Source: an uncultured Ruminococcus sp. (lineage in GTDB: Bacteria; Bacillota; Clostridia; Oscillospirales; Acutalibacteraceae). From it: a stretch of DNA of 64,000 nt. The DNA is taken from positions 2,640 to 66,639 of the forward strand of contig CAYYLP010000005.1 in NCBI GenBank assembly GCA_964472865.1, in the 5' to 3' direction. Under the pieces are notes generated by a model. The model did no database searches and was not told the origin of the DNA. It was given only the letters and a program-made list of their open reading frames with translations. Positions 8,653 to 18,148 of this stretch are shown piece by piece; within the stretch, counting starts at the first letter, position 1, and every line of letters starts with the position of its first letter. A program made the position numbers and the translations under genes.

Positions 8653-10080
8653 ATGAATTCATATATAAATCCCATTGCCAACCAAACCACTCAAAGCTTG
8701 GTTGAGGAGCTTAACAAGAGCTACAACATAAATCCCGATTATTTTAATCGCTTTAACGTAAAAAGAGGCTTGCGTAATGCCGACGGAACCGGTGTTATGG
8801 CAGGTCTTACAAAGATAAGCTCAGTTGACGGCTACTACATTGAAGACGGTGAAAGAGTCCCCAAGGAGGGTCATCTCTATTTTCGAGGCTTTGATATGCA
8901 GGAAATTGTCAAGCATTGCCAAAGTGAAAACCGCTTTGGCTTTGAGGAGGTTGCCTGGCTTTTGATTTTCGGCTCTCTGCCGACTGCGGACCAGCTTGAA
9001 AATTTCAAGGATATTCTTGCTGTCAGCAGAAATCTTCCCGAGGACTTCATTGAGGATACAATGATGAAGGCTCCCTCTCCGAACATTATGAATAAAATCA
9101 CAAGAACGGTTTTGGCTCTTTATTCCTATGATGAATCTCCCGATGATACCTCACTCGCAAATGTTGTGCGTCAGTCGATTCAGCTTGTAGGTCAGCTTCC
9201 CGTAATTATGGCATATGCTTATCAGGTTAAAAGACGTCATTATCTCAAAAAAAGTATGTATATTCATCCCGCAAAGCCCAACCAGTCAACGGCGCAGGCA
9301 ATACTGCATACAATTCGTTCGGACAAGACCTTTACCGATGATGAGGCAAAGCTGCTTGACCTCTGCCTTATGGTTCATGCGGAGCACGGCGGCGGTAACA
9401 ACTCAACCTTTGCAACAAGAGTTCTCACCTCCTCGGGCACCGACACATATGCGGCTATAGCAGCCGGCATCGGCTCGCTCAAGGGTCCCAAGCACGGCGG
9501 TGCCAACATCAAAACCGTTGAAATGCTTCGCGACATTCAGGAGCACGTTGCCGACACAACCGATGAGGGTCAGGTTGCCGATTATCTTGCAAAGATTATT
9601 CGCAAGGAGGCCGGTGACGGCTCGGGTCTTATTTACGGAATGGGTCACGCCGTTTACACACTCTCCGACCCCCGTGCGGTCATCCTCAAGGAGGAGGCTC
9701 GCAAATATGCCGAGAAAAACGGCTTCAGCGAAAAATATAAGCTTATCGAAACAGTAGAAAGGCTCACCCCCGAAATTTTCCTCAAGGAAAAGGGTAACAA
9801 AAAGCCCATCTGTGCAAATGTTGACCTCTATTCCGGCTTTATTTACGAAATGCTCGGAATTCCCGAGGATCTTTTCACTCCGCTGTTTACAACCGCAAGA
9901 ATTGCCGGCTGGACAGCTCACCGACTTGAAGAAATCGCAACGGGCGGAAGAATTATCCGTCCTGCCTATAAGAGTCTCATGGCAAAGCGTAATTATGTTA
10001 CAATAGATCAAAGAATTCCGAAATATACTCCGGATCAAAGCTATGTGCCTTACGAAGAAAGAATTATCAAGGGGGAATAA
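8653..10080 (+). CDS. Citrate synthase
   Basis: 475 aa with citrate-synthase signatures HAEHGGGNNSTF, GMGHAVYTLSDPR and NVDLYSG. Confidence 0.85.
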   Translation: MNSYINPIANQTTQSLVEELNKSYNINPDYFNRFNVKRGLRNADGTGVMAGLTKISSVDGYYIEDGERVPKEGHLYFRGFDMQEIVKHCQSENRFGFEEVAWLLIFGSLPTADQLENFKDILAVSRNLPEDFIEDTMMKAPSPNIMNKITRTVLALYSYDESPDDTSLANVVRQSIQLVGQLPVIMAYAYQVKRRHYLKKSMYIHPAKPNQSTAQAILHTIRSDKTFTDDEAKLLDLCLMVHAEHGGGNNSTFATRVLTSSGTDTYAAIAAGIGSLKGPKHGGANIKTVEMLRDIQEHVADTTDEGQVADYLAKIIRKEAGDGSGLIYGMGHAVYTLSDPRAVILKEEARKYAEKNGFSEKYKLIETVERLTPEIFLKEKGNKKPICANVDLYSGFIYEMLGIPEDLFTPLFTTARIAGWTAHRLEEIATGGRIIRPAYKSLMAKRNYVTIDQRIPKYTPDQSYVPYEERIIKGE

Positions 10081-10083
10081 GAC

Positions 10084-10968
10084 GTGAACGCAAAAAAAGA
10101 TTTTGTATACAAGCTGCCTCTTTTTGCGGCTTTGGCGGCGGTTATAATTTCCGTTCCGTTGAGAGTATATCAATATTTTAAGGTTCTCGATCCCGCAACG
10201 GGCTTTTACAATATCATCGACTTTTCCGTTTATCTGCTTTATTTTGTTCTCGGAGCGGCAACGGTTTTCAGCATTGTTATGTATGCCGTTCAGCGAAAAA
10301 AGCTCGCTCCGGTTGCAGGCGTCAAAAAATCTCCCGTTTTTCTTATCCTATCCATTCTTCTTGCCGTTACGGTAATAGTCGATTCGGCGGGTCAGCTTAT
10401 GAGCTACTTTGACCTCTATGAGGAAGCGGTTTCCTCATCATCTATGTCCGTCAGCGATTACGTCAAAAATCAAGGCGGCTCCCTCCTGCTTTTTCAGGCG
10501 ATTTTCGGTGCGATTACGGCAATATATTTCTTCATTTCGGGTCTTTCAACAACAATCGGCAACGCCGACGGCTCAAAGCTCAAGGTACTTGCCCTTTCCC
10601 CCGTCGCTTGGATGATATTCCGTCTGCTCTACAGATTTAAGCGCACAATCAGCTTCATAAATGTATCGGATCTTTTCCTTGAGCTTTTTGAAATAGCCTT
10701 TATTATGCTTTTCTTTTTGGTCTATGCTCAGGTTGTTTCAAAAATCGAGACATCGGCAGTATTCTGGAAGCTCTTTGCCTACGGAATTCCGGCAGCTATG
10801 TTTGCTCTTGTATGCTTCCTGCCGAGATTCATCGTAACAATAACAGGAAGCTCCGAGCTTCTTTCACCGCACCACGGCATAGCCTACAGCGATTTTGCCG
10901 TTGCACTGTTCATTGCCTACAGTCTTATAACAAGAGTTAAAGCACAGCTTAACAGCTCGGAGGATTGA
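10084..10968 (+). CDS. Polytopic membrane protein, unknown function
   Basis: 294-aa ORF (GTG start) with about 8 hydrophobic segments, 3 nt after the citrate synthase stop. No recognisable catalytic motif. Confidence 0.6.
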   Translation: MNAKKDFVYKLPLFAALAAVIISVPLRVYQYFKVLDPATGFYNIIDFSVYLLYFVLGAATVFSIVMYAVQRKKLAPVAGVKKSPVFLILSILLAVTVIVDSAGQLMSYFDLYEEAVSSSSMSVSDYVKNQGGSLLLFQAIFGAITAIYFFISGLSTTIGNADGSKLKVLALSPVAWMIFRLLYRFKRTISFINVSDLFLELFEIAFIMLFFLVYAQVVSKIETSAVFWKLFAYGIPAAMFALVCFLPRFIVTITGSSELLSPHHGIAYSDFAVALFIAYSLITRVKAQLNSSED

Positions 10969-10977
10969 TTCTGATTT

Positions 10978-11907
10978 ATGTTTCTTGACAACATTCTTAT
11001 TGCGGCAAATCAGGTCGGAATACTCTATATTATGGTGCTTGTAGGCATCATTTGTGACAGGATCGGTCTTTTCACAGAAAAAGCAGGCAAGGCTTGCACC
11101 GATTTGCTTTTTTACATTATCACCCCCTGCGTTATAATCAATTCCTTTTTGACAAGGGAATTTACCAAGGAAAGCGGAATGAAGCTTCTCATAGCGGTTG
11201 GCTGTGGCTTTTTGCTTCACTTTGTTGCCATTGCAATAAATACTCCGCTTTTTTCAAGGGGCGATAAGAATAAAAACTGCGTCTATAAATACGGTGCAAT
11301 TTACGGCAATGTCGGATATATGACACTGCCGCTGACCGAGGCACTGCTCGGCAGCGAGGGTGTTTTCTATTGCTCTGCCGTTGTAATGGCGTTCAATGTT
11401 GTTTCCTTTACTCACGGCGTATTTATGATGGATAAGGAAAAAGGCTTTGATGCCAAAAAACTCATTCTGAACCCCGGCGTTATCTCCGTAATCATCGGTC
11501 TGCCTTTCTTCCTTTCAGGGATTAATTTGCCCGAATTTTTTTCAAAGCCGGTCAGCTTTATTGCAGATACACAAACACCGATTGCGATGCTGATTTTCGG
11601 AACCTTTCTTTCCCACACAAAGCTGAAAAACATTTTTCAAAACAAAAAAATCTTTCTCGTTGCTCTTTCAAAGCTGATAATTCTTCCTGCCGTTATGATA
11701 GGCTTTTACCGTTTAATAGGCTTGAGCGGAACGCTTTTGACGGCAATGGCAATTTCATCCTGTGCTCCCTCGGCAAACAACACCGTTCTTTTCAGCGCAA
11801 AATACGGTAAGGATACAGGTCTTGCCTCCCAGCTTGTCGCAACGGTCAGCTTCATTTCCATATTAACAATGCCGATTATTATTGCGGCTGTTCAAAGCAT
11901 TGCTTAG
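10978..11907 (+). CDS. AEC-family (auxin efflux carrier-like) permease
   Basis: 309 aa with about 10 TM segments. The N-terminal pattern ILYIMVLVGIICDRIGLF...ITPCVIINSF is typical of the membrane transport protein (AEC) family. Confidence 0.65.
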   Translation: MFLDNILIAANQVGILYIMVLVGIICDRIGLFTEKAGKACTDLLFYIITPCVIINSFLTREFTKESGMKLLIAVGCGFLLHFVAIAINTPLFSRGDKNKNCVYKYGAIYGNVGYMTLPLTEALLGSEGVFYCSAVVMAFNVVSFTHGVFMMDKEKGFDAKKLILNPGVISVIIGLPFFLSGINLPEFFSKPVSFIADTQTPIAMLIFGTFLSHTKLKNIFQNKKIFLVALSKLIILPAVMIGFYRLIGLSGTLLTAMAISSCAPSANNTVLFSAKYGKDTGLASQLVATVSFISILTMPIIIAAVQSIA

Positions 11908-11931
11908 ACGATACAATTAGGATTTGATAAA

Positions 11932-12714
11932 ATGCTCAACAAAATCATTGCCGAGCTGACCCCGGTTTACGGATTTTGCCGTTTTTCTGATATCAAGGAG
12001 CAGCTCCTTGACTGCCGAGCAGCAAAGCGCCTGCCCGAAGAAGCCGAAAGTGTCATCGTTATGCTTTTCCCTTATTATCTCGGTGAGGAAAAATATACCG
12101 ATTGCAACATTTCACGCTACGCCGTTGTTCCCGATTATCATTTGGCTATCGGCAACGTCGTTCTTCCTGCACTCGAACGCTTGAGAGAACATTATCCAAA
12201 CGAAAAATTTGAATTTTTTACCGATAGCTCACCCATACCGGAGGTCAAGGCGGCGCTGCTTGCCGGTCTCGGCGTCATGGGAAAAAACAGATTGCTGATA
12301 AACAAGGAATACGGCTCCTGGTTCTTTATTTCCGAAATTGTCACAACAATGAAGCTACCTGTGTGTGAGCCTATCGAGAGTCAATGCCTGAATTGCGGAA
12401 AATGCATTGCCGCCTGCCCTACTCACGCCATAAGTGACGACGGCTTCGACAAAGCACTTTGCCTTTCCGATATAACTCAGCGCAAAGGAAGCCTCACGGA
12501 GGAGCAAATACAGCTCATCAAAAAATCAGGCTGTGCCTGGGGCTGTGACATATGCCAGAACGTATGCCCGATGAATAAGAGCATCAAAATAAAGCCATCC
12601 GAAATTTTCCTGAACGGAATAGAAATGACTGCAAGAACAGATAATATTTCTGACAGAGCCTATGCTTGGCGAGGAAAAAGGGTTATTGAACGTAACCTTA
12701 AAATTTTAGAATAA
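11932..12714 (+). CDS. QueG-like 4Fe-4S protein (epoxyqueuosine reductase family, short form)
   Basis: Two ferredoxin-type clusters (CLNCGKCIAACP, CDICQNVCP) after a DUF1730-like N-terminal region (RYAVVPDYH). At 260 aa it lacks the C-terminal extension of full-length QueG. Confidence 0.6.
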   Translation: MLNKIIAELTPVYGFCRFSDIKEQLLDCRAAKRLPEEAESVIVMLFPYYLGEEKYTDCNISRYAVVPDYHLAIGNVVLPALERLREHYPNEKFEFFTDSSPIPEVKAALLAGLGVMGKNRLLINKEYGSWFFISEIVTTMKLPVCEPIESQCLNCGKCIAACPTHAISDDGFDKALCLSDITQRKGSLTEEQIQLIKKSGCAWGCDICQNVCPMNKSIKIKPSEIFLNGIEMTARTDNISDRAYAWRGKRVIERNLKILE

Positions 12715-12735
12715 ACTCTTACAGGAGGTAGTCAT

Positions 12736-13059
12736 ATGAAACTTTTAATTGCTGTTATCAACAGCGACGATGCACACATTGTCCTCGATGAAATCACAAA
12801 GGTAGGCTTTTACGCAACAAAGCTTTCCACAAGCGGCGGATTTTTGCGTGCCGGCAACCTCACACTTCTTATGGGTGTTGATGACGACAGGGTTGACGAG
12901 CTGCTTGAAATTCTCCGAACCAACTGCCGCAAGCGTGAGGAGCTCACTCCGATTGTACCGACATATTCCTCCGGTATGGTCAATGCAATTCCGGTTAAAA
13001 TCACTGTTGGCGGTGCAACCGTTTTCGTGCTCGATGTTGAGCAGTTCCATAAAATGTGA
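12736..13059 (+). CDS. darA: PII-like cyclic-di-AMP receptor (DarA/YaaQ, DUF970)
   Basis: 107 aa, MKLLIAVINSDDA...ATKLSTSGGFLRAGN pattern, and the conserved position upstream of holB-yaaT as in Bacillus. Confidence 0.75.
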   Translation: MKLLIAVINSDDAHIVLDEITKVGFYATKLSTSGGFLRAGNLTLLMGVDDDRVDELLEILRTNCRKREELTPIVPTYSSGMVNAIPVKITVGGATVFVLDVEQFHKM

Positions 13060-13949
13060 TGCTCAATTTAACGGAAATCGGAATTAAAAACACCCTTGCA
13101 CAAAACATCGAGGGTCTGATAAAAAAAGATAAGCTCCCCCACGCTATTCTTATCAGAGGCGGAAGCGAGGAGCTGAAAGGTCGGCTTTCTTCATTCCTTT
13201 CATACGCCCTTGTGTGCGAGAGTGAGGATAAGCCGTGCGGTAGCTGTGCCCATTGTATGAAGGCGCAAAAAGGCAAGCATCCCGATGTAATCACCCTTGA
13301 CCCGATTGCGGACGGTGAAAAAACCTTCAAAATCTCACTCATTCGAGAATTAAAGGACGATGCCTACATCATTCCGAATGAGGCTCGAAGCAAGGTTTAT
13401 ATTCTCAAGTCGGCAGACAAAATGAATATTCAGGCTCAAAATGCCCTGCTCAAGCTGATTGAAGAACCGCCGCAATATGCCAGATTCATTCTCGAATGTG
13501 AATCCTCTGCCGCAATGCTCAGCACGGTTATGTCGAGGGTTACGCTTTTTGATATCGGTGATGCGGTTCAAACGCTGTCGGATGACACGGAGCAGCGTGC
13601 CGATGAAACGGCAGCAAGACTTATGCAAGCGTTGCTTCAGCCGACGGAGCTTGATTTTATGAAAATCACGGCAGAATTTGAAAAGGATAAGGAGCTTTTT
13701 GAGCCCGTCCTTTCCGCATTACAGCTCATTATCCGTGATGCAATTGTTATCAAGGCAGGCAGTGAAGTCACTCTTGCCGGGCATACCGATATTAGCCGAG
13801 CGGCAGCGGCAAAGCTTACAATAAATTCGCTTGTAAAAGCTGCTGAGGAAATAAATTCAATCAAAAAAAGTATTGAACGAAATGCAAACAAAAATTTACT
13901 TATAACACGCTTCTCCGCTTGTATGAGAGGGGCGGCATACAACAGATAA
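13056..13949 (+). CDS. holB: DNA polymerase III delta-prime subunit
   Basis: LPHAILIRGG, zinc module CGSCAHCMKAQKGKHPD, clamp-loader AAA+-like layout. The start overlaps the darA stop (GTG 13056 or ATG 13059). Confidence 0.8.
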   Translation: MMLNLTEIGIKNTLAQNIEGLIKKDKLPHAILIRGGSEELKGRLSSFLSYALVCESEDKPCGSCAHCMKAQKGKHPDVITLDPIADGEKTFKISLIRELKDDAYIIPNEARSKVYILKSADKMNIQAQNALLKLIEEPPQYARFILECESSAAMLSTVMSRVTLFDIGDAVQTLSDDTEQRADETAARLMQALLQPTELDFMKITAEFEKDKELFEPVLSALQLIIRDAIVIKAGSEVTLAGHTDISRAAAAKLTINSLVKAAEEINSIKKSIERNANKNLLITRFSACMRGAAYNR

Positions 13950-13966
13950 ACAAAAGGAGGTAAAGT

Positions 13967-14833
13967 ATGTCTGAGGTTGTAGGAGTCCGTTTTAAGGAGG
14001 TCGGCAAAATCTATTATTTTAACCCCGTCGGACTCAAATTAAACACCGGTGACCGCGTAATTGTAGAAACTGTTCGAGGCATCGAATGTGGCGAGGTTGC
14101 ATTAAAAAACAAAGAGGTAAACGATGATGAGATAACAAAGCCGCTTAAACCTATTATCAGAACGGCTACGAAAGAGGATCTCAAAACCGTTGAAAGAAAC
14201 AAAGCAAAGGAAAAGGATGCGTTCGACATCTGCCTTAAAAAAATTGAGGCACATGGTCTTGATATGAAGCTTGTCGGCGTTGAATATACATTTGATTCAA
14301 GCAAGGTCATTTTCTATTTCACCTCCGACGGCAGAGTTGATTTCCGTGAGCTTGTAAAGGACCTTGCAAGTGTTTTCCGCATCAGAATCGAGCTGCGTCA
14401 AATCGGCGTTCGAGACGAATCGAAAATGAAGGGCGGACTCGGAATGTGTGGCAGACCCTTCTGCTGCAACAGCTTTCTCGGGGATTTTCAGCCTGTTTCA
14501 ATAAAGATGGCAAAGGAGCAGGGTCTTTCGCTTAATCCTACAAAAATCAGCGGTACCTGCGGCAGACTTATGTGCTGTCTTAAATATGAGCAGGATGCCT
14601 ATGAGCATCTTCTGCGTGTTACACCCAAGATTGGTGCAATTGTCGAAACCGGCTCGGGCAGAGGCACGGTTGTTGATGTCGATATGCTCAAGGGTATGCT
14701 CAAGGTTCGCCTTGACCGTAATCCCGAGGCAGCTCCCGCTTCATTTCACAGGCACGACGTAAAGCTTATTAAAGATAAAAAAATTACCGTCAACAAATCC
14801 GAAATTGCAGCGTTAAAGGATATTGAAGGCTAA
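13967..14833 (+). CDS. ricT: PSP1-domain protein (YaaT/RicT, stage 0 sporulation protein)
   Basis: VGVRFKEVGKIYYFNP start, Cys cluster CGRPFCC...CGRLMCCLKYE, strong GGAGG RBS, conserved position after holB. Confidence 0.85.
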   Translation: MSEVVGVRFKEVGKIYYFNPVGLKLNTGDRVIVETVRGIECGEVALKNKEVNDDEITKPLKPIIRTATKEDLKTVERNKAKEKDAFDICLKKIEAHGLDMKLVGVEYTFDSSKVIFYFTSDGRVDFRELVKDLASVFRIRIELRQIGVRDESKMKGGLGMCGRPFCCNSFLGDFQPVSIKMAKEQGLSLNPTKISGTCGRLMCCLKYEQDAYEHLLRVTPKIGAIVETGSGRGTVVDVDMLKGMLKVRLDRNPEAAPASFHRHDVKLIKDKKITVNKSEIAALKDIEG

Positions 14834-14836
14834 TAA

Positions 14837-17044
14837 ATGAAGAAAATTAATTTAAAAATCGGCGGAATGAGCTGTAGCGCCTGCTCAAACGGTCTTGAAA
14901 AACATCTCAACAAGCAAAACGGCGTTACCTCGGCAAGTGTAAATCTTGTTATGGCAAACGCCTTGATTGAATACGACGAAAGCATTCTCAACAGAAAGAA
15001 AATAGAAAAGCTTGTTAAAGAGGCCGGCTTCAACTCTCTCGGTCTTTATGATGAATTTGAGGATGAAGCTTCACCCAAGGCATCAAAGCTCAAATTTATT
15101 TGCTTTACCGTCCTTGCTGTATTATTGATGTATATTTCAATGGGCTCAATGATCGGCTTGCCCGAAATACCGTTCCTTGCAATGCACAGCCACGGAGTTT
15201 CCTTTGCGGTGTCACTTTTGGCTTTGACCGTACCCTTCCTCGGCTACGGCTTTGATATTATAAAAAGCGGATTCAAAAATCTTCTCCACCGCACGCCCAA
15301 TATGGATACCCTTGTCACTCTCGGCGTGCTGACTGCTTTTGCCTACAGCGTTTATTCAGTCGTTATGCTGATTATGGGTCACGGCGAATACGTTCACAAG
15401 CTCTATTTTGAATCCTCTGCAATAGTTATTTATTTTATTAAGCTTGGTCGATATATCGACTCGGTCAGCAAGGATAAAACCAAAGAGGCCGTGCAAAGTC
15501 TTGTTCAAATCACACCAAAGGATGCGGTTATAAAAACTGCCGACGGTGAAAAAAGAGTTACAATAGACGAAATTCAAAAGGGCGATATCGTTGTTTGCCG
15601 CCCCGGTGAACGCATTGCCGTTGACGGCACAATAACCTTTGGAAAAGCTCACCTTGATGAATCCTTTATAACAGGTGAAAGCAAGCCTGCCGCAAAGGAA
15701 ATCGGCGGCAAGGTAATTGCCGGAAGCATAAGCTATGACGGCTATATCGAATACTCAGCCGAGCGAATCGGCAAGGAGTCAACAATCTCCGAAATTGTCC
15801 ATATCGTTACAGAGGCATCCGCCGCAAAAATACCGCTTGCAAGGATTGCCGATAAAATCAGTTCCTATTTTGTTCCCACGATAATCGGAATTGCGGCACT
15901 CGGCTTTATAGGCTATATGCTTGCAACGGGTGACCTTAACCGAGCACTCAACACCTTTGTTACCGTGCTTGTCGTTGCCTGCCCGTGCAGCCTGGGTCTT
16001 GCAACGCCACTGGCAATTATAGTTTCGGAGGGACGCTGTGCCAAAAGCGGTATCCTTATCAAAAAGGGTGAGGTTCTTGAATCGGCATCCAAAATCAACA
16101 AAATTATTTTTGACAAAACAGGTACCCTGACCTACGGCAATTTAAAAATTTCAAGAATCTTTACAAGCTGCGAAATTGATGAAGCAGAGCTTATGAAAAT
16201 TGCCTGCTGTGCCGAAGCAAGGTCAAGCCACCCGATTTCAAAGGCTTTTTCGGAGTATGCACAGACTAACGGGCTTGAAATACCCGAAGCGGAGCAATTT
16301 GAAAATATTGACGGAATGGGCATCCGTGCCGTTATCGACGGGAAGGTTTACCTTTTGGGCAATTCAAGGCTTCTGCAAAAATTCGGCGTTAATAACGACC
16401 GACAAAATGAAGCCGAAAAAATTGCCGATGATGGCAACACACTTATTTATATTGCGGAAAGTGAAAGGATTCTCGGCTTAATCGGAGTTAACGATGTTAT
16501 TCGTGACAGTGCAGACGAGCTTATCAAATCGCTCAAAAAGGCTCATATTGAGCCGATTATGCTGACGGGCGATAACGAGCAGACCGCTCGAAAAATTGCC
16601 TCACAAGCCGGAATAGAGCAAATTATAGCAGGTGTTCTCCCTGCCGAAAAGGGAAAAACAGTAACCGAGCTCAAGGCAAACGGTGACAAGGTAATGATGA
16701 TTGGTGACGGAATTAACGATTCTCCTGCCCTTGCGCTCAGCGATATCGGCGTAAGCGTCAACAGCGGCTCGGATATTGCACTTAATTCTGCCGACGTTAT
16801 TTTGATGAATGACGACTTGACAAAAATCACCGAGCTAATCGAAATCAGCAAGGCAACGGTCAAAAACATCAAGCAAAACCTTTTCTGGGCATTTTTCTAT
16901 AACTGTCTTATGGTTCCGATTGCGTTGGGAGCACTTTCCGGCTTCGGAATTACAATAAATCCGATGATTGCAAGCTTAGCAATGACACTTTCGAGCCTAA
17001 CGGTTATTCTTAATGCACTCAGGCTCAAAGCAAGAAAAAAATAA
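14837..17044 (+). CDS. copA: Copper-translocating P1B-type ATPase
   Basis: N-terminal GMSCSACS metal-binding domain, CPC in a TM helix (VVACPCSLGLATP), DKTGTLT, GDGINDSPAL. Confidence 0.9.
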   Translation: MKKINLKIGGMSCSACSNGLEKHLNKQNGVTSASVNLVMANALIEYDESILNRKKIEKLVKEAGFNSLGLYDEFEDEASPKASKLKFICFTVLAVLLMYISMGSMIGLPEIPFLAMHSHGVSFAVSLLALTVPFLGYGFDIIKSGFKNLLHRTPNMDTLVTLGVLTAFAYSVYSVVMLIMGHGEYVHKLYFESSAIVIYFIKLGRYIDSVSKDKTKEAVQSLVQITPKDAVIKTADGEKRVTIDEIQKGDIVVCRPGERIAVDGTITFGKAHLDESFITGESKPAAKEIGGKVIAGSISYDGYIEYSAERIGKESTISEIVHIVTEASAAKIPLARIADKISSYFVPTIIGIAALGFIGYMLATGDLNRALNTFVTVLVVACPCSLGLATPLAIIVSEGRCAKSGILIKKGEVLESASKINKIIFDKTGTLTYGNLKISRIFTSCEIDEAELMKIACCAEARSSHPISKAFSEYAQTNGLEIPEAEQFENIDGMGIRAVIDGKVYLLGNSRLLQKFGVNNDRQNEAEKIADDGNTLIYIAESERILGLIGVNDVIRDSADELIKSLKKAHIEPIMLTGDNEQTARKIASQAGIEQIIAGVLPAEKGKTVTELKANGDKVMMIGDGINDSPALALSDIGVSVNSGSDIALNSADVILMNDDLTKITELIEISKATVKNIKQNLFWAFFYNCLMVPIALGALSGFGITINPMIASLAMTLSSLTVILNALRLKARKK

Positions 17045-17059
17045 AAGGAGGAGCTTATA

Positions 17060-17290
17060 ATGTTATTCGGTAAGGAAAAAATCACAAAGGAAATTTATAT
17101 CGACGGTATGAGTTGTATGCACTGTGCCGCAAAGGTGGAAAAGGCACTTTCCTCCGTCAGCGGTGTTGCCGATGCCAAGGTTGACCTCAACGCAAAAAAA
17201 GCAACCGTAAAGCTCAAAAAGGATGTTGACAACGCCATACTCACAGCCGCGGTTGAGGAGCTTGACTTTAGGGTTACCGAGATTAAATAA
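17060..17290 (+). CDS. copZ: Copper chaperone (HMA domain)
   Basis: 76 aa, GMSCMHCAAKVEKAL motif, AAGGAGG RBS, immediately after copA. Confidence 0.85.
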   Translation: MLFGKEKITKEIYIDGMSCMHCAAKVEKALSSVSGVADAKVDLNAKKATVKLKKDVDNAILTAAVEELDFRVTEIK

Positions 17291-17308
17291 GCAAATACAG
17301 CTATGAAA

Positions 17309-17342
17309 AGAACCGAAGCGCTTGCCTCGGTTCTCTCTTTTA
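17309..17342. terminator. Bidirectional terminator between copZ and the convergent iolB-like gene
   Basis: GAACCGAAG / CCTCGGTTC stem (one mismatch) flanked by an A-run and a T-rich tail. Confidence 0.65.
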
Positions 17343-17352
17343 TGCAATTTTA

Positions 17353-18126
17353 TCAATCGGCATCAACAAGCCACTCATGCTCCTTTGCGTAGAAGCGTGA
17401 GGTCTTGTACCACGGGTCACCGTCAAGATGGCGAACCATCCAAACATAGTACATGGTATAGCCGGGTGCGGTTACCTGCTGATGATCCTCGCCGTCGGTA
17501 ATCGTGCAAAACGCTCCATCCGTGCTCTTATAAACATTTTCGCCGTTAAAGCAAGCGCCAAAGCCCTGCGGTGGGTCAAATTGATAGTAATAAACCTCCG
17601 ACTGTGGGTGGTGGTGCGGCGGATAGCTCGACCATCTGCCGGGCTGATTAAACACCTCACCAAGCACCATATTTGAATACGGAGCGTTATCATAGTCGAA
17701 TATCGTCGAACAAATTCTGTATCCGGTGCCCTCCCATTGACCCTTACCAAAGTGCTGATAAAGGCAATCCGCCGGTGTGTAGAAAACAGGCTCAAAGGTC
17801 TTTTCGTTTTCTGTTTGTTGGATGATGACCTCACTCTCGGCATTTGCAAAAAGCTCAATCGAAGTTTCCTTGCAAGCGTGCAAGCAATAGGGTGTTTTTT
17901 CAAAAGGATTTTTACGCTTCATATTTTGCGTGTTTCCGTTCCAGCTTATATCCGCATCGCCCTTGAGGATTAGGACGGCGGTTTCATTTTCGGAGCTGAA
18001 AATTTTATAGCTTTCGCCCCTTTGCAGTCTCTTGACCCAAATCGTCATTAGCATATCGGAATTTTTGCCGCCTATTTCACAAAGTAATTTTTCATTTTTT
18101 TCGTTAAATACAGGATTTTCAAGCAT
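17353..18126 (-). CDS. KduI/IolB-family cupin isomerase (5-deoxy-glucuronate isomerase-like)
   Basis: GRWSSYPPHHHPQSEVYYYQFDPPQGFG and C-terminal EHEWL closely mirror the IolB signatures as I recall them (GNWSSYPPHKHD...YYHELDPGQGF...HEWI). Confidence 0.65.
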   Translation of the reverse strand: MLENPVFNEKNEKLLCEIGGKNSDMLMTIWVKRLQRGESYKIFSSENETAVLILKGDADISWNGNTQNMKRKNPFEKTPYCLHACKETSIELFANAESEVIIQQTENEKTFEPVFYTPADCLYQHFGKGQWEGTGYRICSTIFDYDNAPYSNMVLGEVFNQPGRWSSYPPHHHPQSEVYYYQFDPPQGFGACFNGENVYKSTDGAFCTITDGEDHQQVTAPGYTMYYVWMVRHLDGDPWYKTSRFYAKEHEWLVDAD

Positions 18127-18148
18127 TTTTATGCCCCCTAATTATGTT

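Noticed and set aside
9403-10173. 256-aa antisense ORF inside the citrate synthase gene.
   Set aside because: It is a shadow ORF opposite a gene with clear citrate-synthase signatures, and it crosses a gene boundary.
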